In this document: piece after piece, positions 1 through 11,600 of the stretch
How positions within the stretch are numbered: position 1 is the first letter of the stretch
How the letters are laid out: each line of letters starts with the position of its first letter
Origin: Antedon mediterranea
Taxonomy: Eukaryota > Animalia > Echinodermata
Reading direction: 5' to 3'
DNA: 64,000 nucleotides
Assembly (NCBI RefSeq): GCF_964355755.1
Contig: NC_092676.1
Location: forward strand, 28,848,871-28,912,870
The notes under the pieces: generated by a model
What the model was told of the DNA's origin: nothing
Seen by the model: the letters and a program-made list of their open reading frames with translations, nothing else
Databases searched by the model: none
Position numbers and translations under genes: made by a program

Positions 1-1246
1 ACAAGATAAACAATCATTCGTCTTTGATAAGTAATTAAAATTGTAATTCATTTTCCTATTTGTCTATAAATCAAGATCATTTCTATATTTGCAAAGAGAA
101 CATTCAACTTTTGAATCGCCGGTTCTAGTTGTAAAGAAATGGCGTTTTAGTAGTCCCATGGCCGTCTGCTCAATCATAATTGGGTTCTCTTGCAATAATA
201 CATTCTTAATATAAGAAACATTAGTTAATTTTGTTATGACAAAATTGCAAGGATATGTTTTAGTAAGTCTAGAAAAAGATGTATGGAGATATATTACACT
301 ATTAAGAATTGCCCAAAATAACTACGAGCAAATTTCTGTCGATCCAAAATAATAATAATTTTTAAAAGAAAAAAAAATATTTATATGTAAAGAGAAGTGG
401 ATGTATGGAAATAAAAGTGGGACGAACCCACGTAATACCAAATCAAAAACAACTTTTACCCATTTTTCCATTTTAGAAATTTTTACATTATAACCGGAGG
501 TCACTCAGAAAAAATAAGTATGATCTTCCGTAATACATAACAAATCGTGCACGACAAGGATCCACTTACCAGTAGCTTAACTTAAGGATAGTGACCATGA
601 ATGTACTTATATGTAAAACTGGTTATGTAATGCTACCTGAATGGACTACTGAGCAAAAAACATTAATAGATCTTAATTAATTAGTCTACTTCAAGTCCTA
701 GAACATAATGTGCTTAAATCAATAATCTTACTCTGACTGCTTATTATTATGTTAGCTTGGTAGTTAAGAACAAAACAAACCATGTTGGTAGCTATCACTG
801 CATAAGACAAACCACATCAATTAATATAACATAGCTACATCAATTATTAATTTTAACAGCAATTGATCGTTTAGCGATCTCCAGTATTTGATATTTCTAA
901 ACTTTGTTGATTTTAATATCTCATAGGTTAACTAGCATTACAGTGCTTTAAATTGACTTTAGGTAGCCCTAGGAGGCCCAATATTTCAGATACATATACA
1001 GTATTTCTATCTGTTAAAAAAAGGACCGAAATGTACTGGTTTTAATTACCGGGGTAATAAACACAATGCCGTCAGTGAAGCTATGAAAGAGAAAGAAAAA
1101 AATGGTCCAAAAAATACGCGACCACCGGCAGATATTGTGGCACAATTTAATTACTAATAACCTCTTTCTTGTATTTCTTTAGCGACATTACTCATCTTTA
1201 GCGACATACCGAGTGAATCATCGTATACAGTTGACTTTAGTAAGAT

Positions 1247-3489
1247 ATGGAAACGTTCAGCTTAAATAGACCTTACTCGACAATAGCAGTGTTAATACTG
1301 ACGGTATATATTGCAACAGCATCAACGACAGGCCTAACACACCTTAGGTTAGACAAACGAGGATCCAATGGCCCCAGAGGTAAACTGCTCTCCCTTTTTT
1401 TTGTTAGTAGTTTAAGTCGACTATGGAAGGCAATCGCCGCCAAAATCACAGTAACAAACTTACATTTCTGCGAGACTGCGATTGCCTTCAATAAATAGAC
1501 GACCCAACACAAAACAATCAAATTATAAACCAGGACTAGAGTGAAATGTTAACGTTTCTAAGAGTTTGTGGATTTAGATTCTTTTTTTTTTTTTGGTGGA
1601 AGTGTTTTTCTTCTCTCCAGATAATCCTTTCCTTTTTTCAAAAACAAATTAACCTTTGATAAATCGTTGAGTAATTAGCTTCTAAACAAATTCTTTCATT
1701 ATGCGACTTATTAATAATGTTGTTGTAAAAACATTTCTTCGAACTAGTGATAACCTATGATATTATCATGAGTACGAATGACGCTGAATAGTATTATTGT
1801 ATTAAATTCGGTCAGTGTTGGAAGCAAACGATAATTATAGTTACTTGTGAATTGATATATTCTTCCACTGGGAGTGCGCGCCACAACTCAATAGTTTGCA
1901 TTTGTGACGTTGCTTGTTCATAATGATTGATTTGTGATGTGTGGGATAACAAGAAATACACTAACTACGTTTTTAATTATTTTTTTTTCAAACTAATTTA
2001 AAAATTGTTAACTTTCGATCACGATGTTTATTGCTTTAGTTTACCAATGACTAATATATAACTGTATATGTCCTTGTGTTTTTCCACAAGCTTATACGCA
2101 TGCGTAGAGATTTGGAAGATAAAATCATGAATACGCATGCGTATAAGCTGACGCTTTCGATTCGCGCGAACAAATTCACCTCTAGTGGAAAATCAGCAGG
2201 TTTAACTGTGTTTAAAATGTTTGTTTTAAATCTTTTAGTTCAAGTTTGTCAATGTGGTAGCATGGGTTTGCAGAAATGCATGAAGGTGTTTCTTCCCGCC
2301 TGTTGTATTCAGCATTCATCACTTGGTAGCAGTGTAGTCTGCGCACCAATGGGTAAAAAATCAATGGATGTAAGTATACTCTACAGTTAAAGCATACAAA
2401 ATGAAGCTGAATACAATCGATACCAATTAATCAATCAATTGAATATGCTATTTGTAGTTTTAATAAAGTTTGAAAAAGCTTAATAGAAAGTTTTGATTTC
2501 TATCAGAGATGTTTATAAAGAAGTACCTTAAGAAGTACTTAGTAAGTTACTCTTTTAAGAAGATAATAAATAAATAAATAAATTTCATCTTTACAAAATA
2601 AGAAGCTTCGAATATTCAATCAAGTTATTCACTTTTGCCGAAAAACAAAAATATTGATTTATCTTATAAAAAACAGAATTCCAACAATTGGCTTCCTGAT
2701 TACTATTAATTGTTTTCTTGACATTTTTTTTCAGGAAACTAATTTTCTTAGCCTATGCATTAGCTATCTGTGATACTAAAATATGTTTAATCATGTTTAT
2801 TTCAACAATATGACGTGAAACTTATTACATTTTTAGGAAGAGTTATTTTTGGAACAGAGCAGTCAATATGAAGATAATATGAACATATATAAGAAATTTA
2901 ATTTCATCAAAAACTTGCTTTCATCAAATGAGCTTTTAAATGCCGATACAAGTAAGTCGTTTTGTGCTTTTTGTTAGTAGGCCTATTATGACAGATAATG
3001 AAATGCAATGAAAAAAAACTTTATTGATTTTAAACAAGCTAGAATTATTTCAAAAGTATACTAGTGTTATTTGAAAACGATTACGGGTGTACAAATTAAT
3101 TTTATAGATTTAATAGAGCAGTTCGGCTCTGAATAAACTCTACAAAGTTCTTATAAAATCCGAGTAAAATTATGATTAGTTAAAATCATAGTATTCCACG
3201 ATATTTCTATATCTGATTTATGACAACATTAATGTATGATTCATTTTAATGATAAAAAAAATCATTACACTAATCACAAAGAAGGGTTCGGCTTCTGATA
3301 AAATCAGATTTGTTGATAAATGACCAAATCATACGTCATCAATCATATCATACGTCATCAATCATATCATACGGACGCGTGCATTCAATCAATATTAAAT
3401 TTAATTCAAATAAATATTGATGCCGTTTATTTTTCTTTAAAGTAGTTCCACATCTATTACAAGACGATAGCAGTGAAGACAGGTTTTGA
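1247..3489 (+). CDS. Putative secreted prepropeptide (neuropeptide- or defence-peptide-like precursor), 4 coding exons, 141 aa, family not recognised
   Basis: Exons 1247-1379, 2239-2369, 2837-2951, 3443-3489, all GT-AG with phases 1, 0, 1. Spliced protein: METFSLNRPYSTIAVLILTVYIATASTTGLTHLRLDKR-GSNGPRVQVCQCGSMGLQKCMKVFLPACCIQHSSLGSSVVCAPM-GKK-SMDEELFLEQSSQYEDNMNIYKKFNFIKNLLSSNELLNADTIVPHLLQDDSSEDRF*. Hydrophobic signal-like N-terminus, KR site, six Cys, G-KK amidation signal, acidic tail. An acceptor at about 1182 precedes the ATG. Confidence 0.75.
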
Positions 3490-4077
3490 GGGGAATTATT
3501 GTGGAATCAGCGAGACACCAAACATGGCAGATAAAACAATTTAAGTATGCTGTATAGGACTAAAGACTAAGTTCAACAAAATCATTTTTGTTTTTTAACA
3601 ATTTGTCGCGGATATTATTTTTACAGTTATAAGTGAAATAATTAATAAATAATGTATCTATATCTCGATTTATTTAAATTGAAACGGAATTTTATGAAGA
3701 AAAAAATATTTAATAGGCCAGTACGTGTTTATACGTAAATCCTTGACAACTGAAAAAAAAAACCCCGTTATTTATCTAAAGCTTATAGCTTCCACTAGGA
3801 CTTAGGGGAGTATTTGAATTGTCGCTTATGATTAGTCAAATCGCTTGCGTTGCGCGAAAGGTTAATGCGTTGCGCGTACGTCCAATGCGTTGCGTCCAGT
3901 GGGAAAGTTGCTGTAGTAGTAGCGGCAATAAATAAAAAGAGATTAACATTAGGATTGATTAGATTTTAGAAAATGTTACCACTGCTATTTCCTTAGGAGG
4001 CTGAAGAAATTACTTTATTTTAAATAGGTCTACTATTATATTAATTTACAATAAAATTTAATGACAAAAAACAAGAA

Positions 4078-4118
4078 GATCGACGTTTCGGAACCATCAT
4101 GGAACCATTTTCAAGATC
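4078..4118 (-). ncRNA. Inverted copy of the same hammerhead motif
   Basis: Exact reverse complement of 4610-4650, inside the inverted repeat. Confidence 0.6.
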
Positions 4119-4609
4119 AAGTGATTGAATTATACAAAGTAGAAAGTTAGGTGAAATTCTTAAATCTAAAAGAAAACCTATGACCGAAATCAGCAATGCG
4201 TTGTATATAAATTTCAATGTGGTTTGTGCGATACAAACTATGTCGGCTATACTTGTCGGCACCTTCATCAACGTATTGATGAACACAGTAAAGGCACCAT
4301 AGGAGAGCATTTAAAGCAACATAATATAAGTCCTATTGAAACTTTTAATCATTTCAGGATATTGTCAAGTGCAAGTGCAAATCCAAATTTGATTGTTTAA
4401 TTAAGGAAATGCTCTGGATCAAAGAACTGAAACCTACACTTAATAAACAAAAAGATTCAGTCAAAGCTAAATTGTTTATTAATTAAGAGGGAGGAGCTTA
4501 ATAACTTAAGTTCTTAGAATTGTAGACCTTCTTTGTTGTTAATTAACCAATTAATTAGTATTTCCTGTCACCCTTTGGTGTTTGTTATTTTTGTATAATT
4601 CAATCACTT

Positions 4610-4650
4610 GATCTTGAAAATGGTTCCATGATGGTTCCGAAACGTCGATC
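4610..4650 (+). ncRNA. Minimal type I hammerhead ribozyme motif (U3-A8 core variant) in the PLE pseudo-LTR
   Basis: GATC-TTGAAAA-T-GG...CC-GAAAC-GTC-GATC. Helix I GATC/GATC; core UUGAAAA (C3:G8 changed to U3:A8); helix II GG/CC; loopless palindromic helix III ACGT; GUC cleavage triplet. Confidence 0.6.
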
Positions 4651-5638
4651 TTCTTGTTTTTTGTCATTAAATTTTATTGTAAAGTTATATAGTAAGTGTC
4701 TATTAATTTATATTAATTTAGCACTTTAAAATAAGTCTTCCCAAACGAATTACTTATTATTAAGAAATATTTTACAAAATATATCATTTAATATCGCAGG
4801 GGAAAAACGGTAAACAAAACCTCGGCAAAAGCGCGTAAACTTCTAATTTTAAAATAAAAATGTTTGTTATAAGGAAAAGAAATGAAGAAAAGTGTTATTA
4901 GTTATGCATGAGCGCCTTCTACGATATAAGTTAGATGGTAGACTGTTTAGGGTGATGTAACGACTAAGTTTAAACATTGTACTACTAATTAATCAATATT
5001 TTCTTGTATTTTTGTTTTGATTGTACATAACTTATTTAATACAGAGAGTGATAACAATTCTGAAAACAGAAATAAATGCTAAGAAACACGAATTGTTTAT
5101 TGATGTTTATTTTCTTTGTACTATATTATTTTGTATATATTACATTACGCTTAATAGTAGTTTTAATGTTTTAACCATGGATATACGTACACCAAGTAAC
5201 ATAAACAAACATAGAACGTTTATAACTTATGTGCGTTAAAATGCATAGTTAATTTAATCCTTATTGCAATTTTGTTTTAATACGTCGAGTTTTAATTTTC
5301 AACTGAGTTGATACTAAGAACATACTCAAGCAAGTTATATAATAAATATATGTTTTAAAATGTTTCTTTAAATCGGTAAAGCAACTTCAACTTTCTTATT
5401 TAATTAGGAAGACAAATTCTAACCACCCAGCGACCTCATCTAGCTATGCCTCAAATGGGCCTATAACGTTCTCCTAGTAACCAAAAAGGAAGAACATCTG
5501 ATGTATTTTTAATACAAATTACTTTGCCATATTTGGACGGTAGACCACCGACGTTAAAAAGTTCATCTAGACTCCAGACAGCAGTTTTAATATTCTAGGT
5601 GGCGCTGTGTTTGATTTCAATGAACAACTCACAGTGCT

Positions 5639-8600
5639 CTATCTCGATTGCCAATGACTGGAAAGATGCGACTAGAGAAAGAAAAAATAAGGAACAAAAA
5701 TATACGCAAATTAGTCATTTCTCGCATTTTAAAAGTATACAGCGCGTACAAAAAACGTTTACATTCGCGTTAAAGTTTCTACTGAATTTTTGAAGTCTTT
5801 TTAAACTTTAAAAAAAGTTTTTATTATGAATATATTCCGCCATAACAAAAATCGATGTTTGGATGTATTATAACTAGTAAAAAAAATCTTCGCATCAATA
5901 ATATTTTCAACCATACCTCAGTCTTTGATCTGATCAACGTATCCGAGTTCGTCTGGCTTTGATTGCCAGGCCACCGTGACCAGGCAGACGACCCTTTAGC
6001 TGTAGCTGGTCTCGACAAGATCGATTTCCCGCATTTTTCATCATTTAATGTTTCAACAATGTTCGATTTGTAAGTTTGCCAATTAATATCTGATAAATAT
6101 TTCATGTACAGTTCCTCATCTGTTGGTATACTGCCGAAGAAAAACAAACAAATTTTACGTTGATGATATGAATCGTTAAGCTTGGTTCCCACTAGGACGC
6201 AACGCGCGTTGCGTCTCTAGTGGGAACCAAGCATTAGAAACTTGTTTCGGTATCGACAACCGGTTGGCAAAGAAATAAAGGAACATTTTTTTTGCAAGGG
6301 TTTTTGCAAGAAATAACTTTAACTACAACTTATGAGAGGCCTACTTTGTCGTTTGTAATCTCTGTCGCCCAGATATCTGTTGGACCCCGTTGGAAACAAG
6401 TTAAAAGGGACGTTACGATACACGACGGTTAGGGGAGGACGGCGAATATCATGTGTTCGCTAATCGCTAGAAACAAGTAAGTTATTATAAAACTTTTACG
6501 GGTTATCCTGGTGAAGATATCTGGGTTTTGTTGTTTCTGTTCATGTATTTTTGTTTGTTATAAATTGTTTATCGTTTTAAGTTATGCAAAATTAAAGAAC
6601 AAAGAATCCCAAAAAGAGTAAGTGAAAGTAGGCTTAAAGCCCCATTCCCTACGTTTTTTAGATCTAATTTAAGATCACAAACTATATTTAATGTAAAAAT
6701 AATACTATATGGTCCTATTGCGATAACTTTTTTCGTCTTTAAACGGTTAAAAATGTGAAAAATAAGTCGATTCTAATAATTATAGCGGCCCGCTATAAAT
6801 CCCAAAATGCATTGCGCGCGGATTGATATTTTTGTTTTTCACCTGTAATTCGCCCACTTTTCGATCGATCGTGAGGCCAAAACAAATGGAAGACTCCTAA
6901 CTTTTCAGCGAAAATACCGGGTTTTCCCCAATTTGTATCAACGGAGTCTGGCAAAAATAGAAAGACAATTAATGCAGCAACTATACAACGTCAGGCTAGG
7001 TATATAGGTAGCGTACGATGTTCGTACGTTACCGATGTTTACCAGCTAGGCCTACAAAACTAAGCCTAGCTAGGCTAGGCCTAAGACCGTCCACGAGAGG
7101 TCGATCGCCGCGAGCTACTTAGGTAGTGCATTGTTTCTCACTTTTTATCATAATTTACCATAAAACGTACATTTAAGACAAGGAATGACATGGTTTAATG
7201 TTTTTAAAGTGATATATATGTATTATTTTCCAAAAAACGTCCAAAATTGCAGGGAAGGGGTCTTTAAACGTGGACATTTTGAACATACAAATAAAATGCA
7301 GATTTCAAAACCTGGTCAACCTAAAAAATCACCTCGAAGCTGGCTCATGATTTCTCGAATAATCATCCAGTAACTGTTTTGGCGCGTATTCTTGTAACTT
7401 TCTTTTCGACACGCACATCAGACGTACACCGTTACTCACAAGTATTACACCGGTTGGTTTATGCTTCCCGTCATCCGTTTGCTTCACTGACGTCATTTCC
7501 TGTGAATGCAAGCGTTAATGTCACTAATGTATTGTAATTCTATTGTGCTACTGAGTGTGTTGCATTATTGAATGCTTTCATGAACCCTCCAAAAATGGGT
7601 CAAATGTAATTAGTTTTGAAAACATTCATTTACTGAAAACATTTTATGATTTGTAGTTTTGGGTTAATTACACATTACCAGTTTATAATTTATATCGAGA
7701 AACAAATTGCACAAAGGCGCCAATCAACGGCTGCTAATTAAGCGTTTCTCGGTGTCTTACTTGTTAAAGTTTGAACTTAAAAGAAAGTACAATACAGTGG
7801 TATAATAAACAAACCTACATGTCTAACTGGTAATTACGATACACACATGATTATCTACGAGTTAAATCTAGAATAGTCAAGATGTAAATAGGTGTGTTTA
7901 TTCTTGTCTTCTACCCTGTAATTGTTGCTTTCAATTTTCTTTCATACGTCATTATATGGCGACTATATAGCAGGTAGATATTCTCATTCTTAAGCTTCAT
8001 CTACACTATCAAACTTATTATGACAAAAAAAATGTGATGTGCCCATTTATGGACATGATGATGTCATATCACTACCATATTTGGGAATATCACTACCATG
8101 TTTGATAGTGTAGACAGAGTTTATATATCATTATATGGCGACTATAATAAAGCATGGAGATCTTCTCATTCTAAAGCTCTGTCTACACTATCAAACTTTA
8201 TGTGAAAAAAAAATTTGATGTGCCCATATTTGGACATGATGATCACTACCATATTTGGGAATATTACTACCATGTTTGATAGTGTAGATAGAGCTTACAT
8301 ATCATTATATGGCGACTATACCAAGGAGATATTCGACTCATTCTTATACGTAAATAATAAACAAATGACGTATTGGGACACACAATATCGCGTTGTAAAG
8401 TTTACTGCAAATTGGAAATGCTTTATTGCTATAAGATATCTATACAAAACCAATCAACTAAAGAAGAAATGCAAAAGAGAGAAATTTAGGTTAAGCATTT
8501 AACCAAATCTCATCAATCATCAATCAATCGTCAATCAATCATCAATCAATCGTCAATCATCAATCAATCAATTATCAATCAATCATCAATCAATCAATCA

Positions 8601-11600
8601 CCTACCGTGGACTCGCCATCTTGTATATCTCCAATCTTTATGTAGCATTTATTGTGCTTTGTAGCATGAGGAAATGTTTTTGTATTGCCGGCACTGGACC
8701 TTGGTCGAGGAGGAGGAAGGTGTCTATCTGCGCATGTCCTTAAGGAACGACTATCGCTCCGCATAAACTTGGACAGATCTAGTTCCTTCAACATCACTAA
8801 TTTCCCCTGAGATATAAAACATTAACATCACGTGTTATCATTCACTTAACATTATACAAGGTTTTTAAGTCGGAGTCTTTTTAATATAACATTGAGAATT
8901 ACCAATAGTTACCTTAAGAACGAAATATAGATAATCCGTGGCTATAGTATCTCTATCGACTATTTTCCCGTAAGAAACCTCACGGATCTGTGACTCGAAG
9001 CAAAGTCGATGCAGATTGGCTTTGGGCCACTTTCGGAAAAAGTTGTATTTTCTAAAATAAAAAAGGATAGTTATTGCAATGATACGACGATGATGTTATG
9101 TGTTGCTAAACTTAGACGCAACCCAATGGTGTGGGGCAACGCAGTAAGTTGACCAATCACAATCGACAATTCGGATGACGTGTCATGACTGATCATTTTC
9201 ATCAGTAAAAAAAACGTTTCCTAGATTGTATTGTTTTAGTATGTTTAATGTGCTTATGTCTGTTTGTTTCCGCGTCATAACATACCAAAAATAGCTCCTT
9301 CAATGTTTACATAATAATTAACTGAATTAATGACATAAGTGCTGACGGTTTAATTCACATTTTCCCAATCCAATTACGTCACAATGTCGTTTTCTGACGT
9401 AATATAACAACACGTCTTCTTCCGTGAATAATTGATAGTCACGGTCAATAGAACAAGTCGAGTGGGTAAAAAAAAGATTTTGATGAGGTTTATAAAATAA
9501 AACACACAGATAAAACACATCAATAAATATTGTCATACCATGGATGAATTAATTAGAAGAATGGTCTAACTAACGCATGTTTTATTAAGACGGGTTAATG
9601 ACTATAACTAAAGATTGGTTCCCACTAGCGACGTAACGCAACCTACGCGCGCAACGTAAGAAAATGTCCTTCTAAATTGTGTTTGCCCACGCCTGCGTGA
9701 AATCAAACCTGCGCTGTTTGCAGCACTCTGACAGGGGCGGATCCAGGAAAAGACACTCATAATAATGCAGCATTCTACCAATGAGCAAAACGATCATACT
9801 TTTTCCCTCCAATAAACACACGTGACTAATTACAGGACGATATAACATTTTGTTGCCGATTTCATTCACTCATTATTTAGTTTTGATTGCGTTCAAGTTC
9901 AATGCGAACGTCCATCTAGGGGAAGCGAATTTAATGCTTTTATTATGGCTCAATATTTATTTACATCAATTTGTTGAAGAAATTAAATATATAAATAGGT
10001 ATTGATACAGTTGCGTGGATGGCCTAGAAAAAAAATCGGTTGCTATAATGTACACTACAGTAGGGCCTACAGTTACCACAGTAGGCCTACGATATTATTA
10101 TTAACAAATCCTCTATGATGATGATCTGTAGGTAACCACGGCGTTCCATTTTTGACGTATATACACTTTTATTTATGCTTGCTGACTGCCAGCAATCTAA
10201 ACAATAGGTAGACCTACGCGGTTGTATGGCGGTGTCCTTTGTACGAATCGTTAGAGCCCGAGTATGGGTACAATACAAGCGTCAATATCATGTTACATCC
10301 AGGGGGACTAAAATGCGTTTATTTTTCTGGTGAAAATAGGCAATTCATTTCGCAACTCTTAGAAATTTACAGCATCGGCAATGGTGACCTCTAATAAAAA
10401 GTAATTTAGCACGGCGCTAAAACAATGTATTTAAATAAAAAGTGAAAGTTTTACTCTTTTTTACGCTTCTTTTCCCGATTTTTTTCCCCTTATGGTAGGA
10501 TAATTTTGTTTTCCCAGATTTATAGGGGGGGGGGGGGCGTGCGGAGGGTGCGCCCCCCCCCCCGGATCCGCCACTGTCTGTTGCGTCGTTGAACCGCTCT
10601 ACCATTGTACACGCGGAGCGGACGGGCGGTTTTCGCTCTAGATAGATACAGATTATACGTGGACACTATGTGTAAATTAGCCTGAAAACAAAACGGTGTT
10701 CCATACTTACTGAGTAATGTCTATCTTCTCGGTTAGTTCGCCTTCATAAATATACGGGCAAGATTCCAGAAAAGTATCTTTCTCGATTTCGAATAACTCT
10801 GTTGGCTCTCTGCATATAATTGAAGCAGTACGTCTGCCATCGCCTAAAAGGGCCAACTCCTGGGGGAGGGAGATAGATTATTATACCAACAACTATACAC
10901 ATCCGACACTAACATTTAAGTACTTGGATAATTACTGGAAAAGTTCATGGTTTGAGGCTTAATGTGTACAGTAGATTAAGTCGTGAGTTACAACTCTGAC
11001 ACAGGTCAGGATTGAACCCTGGACTTTGGGGTTGGAAGGCAAACATGTTAACCAAGACAGGCCTACAACAACTCAATAATAACGAACGGTAGGTTTAATT
11101 CATACATCAAACAATCACACTTTTATTGATGAACCTCAAATCGTTAAAAAAAAAATATAATCAATGTTAATAGAGATGATAATGAATGAATGATAAAGGT
11201 GTACATTTCTTACCCCAAAACATGCTCCTTTGCCGATGATGTTGACTGTTTGTGCCATCACTACTCCAGTCTGGTCCTCTATGTCTAACTGCACAAACAC
11301 CGATCCAGAGTAGATGAAGTAAAAACCGAACCCAACGTGGCCCTGTCTTACGATCACTCGACCCTTACCACAACTAAAATGGAATTAGTAAAACACAATA
11401 ATAATAATAAACTCAGAATTATAATTAATTATTAATAAACAAGGAAAAACTGTTAAATAAATACCGTATAAAGCTCTGTCCATATCACTACCATTTGGTG
11501 TAGACAGAGCTTAACAGAAACTGTGCGCGCACGCGAATCTTGGAATAACCATATTGTTTACACGCGCGCACGAAAAAGTTGATATGGTTTCCTTGAGTTT

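Larger units (their letters stand above)
4045..4683 (+). mobile_element. 5'-truncated, degenerate Penelope-like retroelement (GIY-YIG endonuclease end) flanked by 94-bp inverted pseudo-LTR segments
   Basis: About 4190-4480 translates, with frameshifts, as QQCVVYKFQCGLCDTNYVGYTCRHLHQRIDEHSKGTIGEHLKQH...CKSKFDCLIKEMLWIKELKPTLNKQKDSVKAKLFI*, the typical PLE GIY-YIG domain. 4045-4138 is the reverse complement of 4590-4683. Confidence 0.85.

Noticed and set aside
2076-2390. 104-aa single-exon ORF as listed in the track
   Set aside because: Only 2239-2369 is bounded by splice sites. That part is exon 2 of the prepropeptide gene and the rest is intronic.
4041-4310. 89-aa minus-strand ORF
   Set aside because: It is the antisense of the Penelope GIY-YIG remnant and its inverted repeat.
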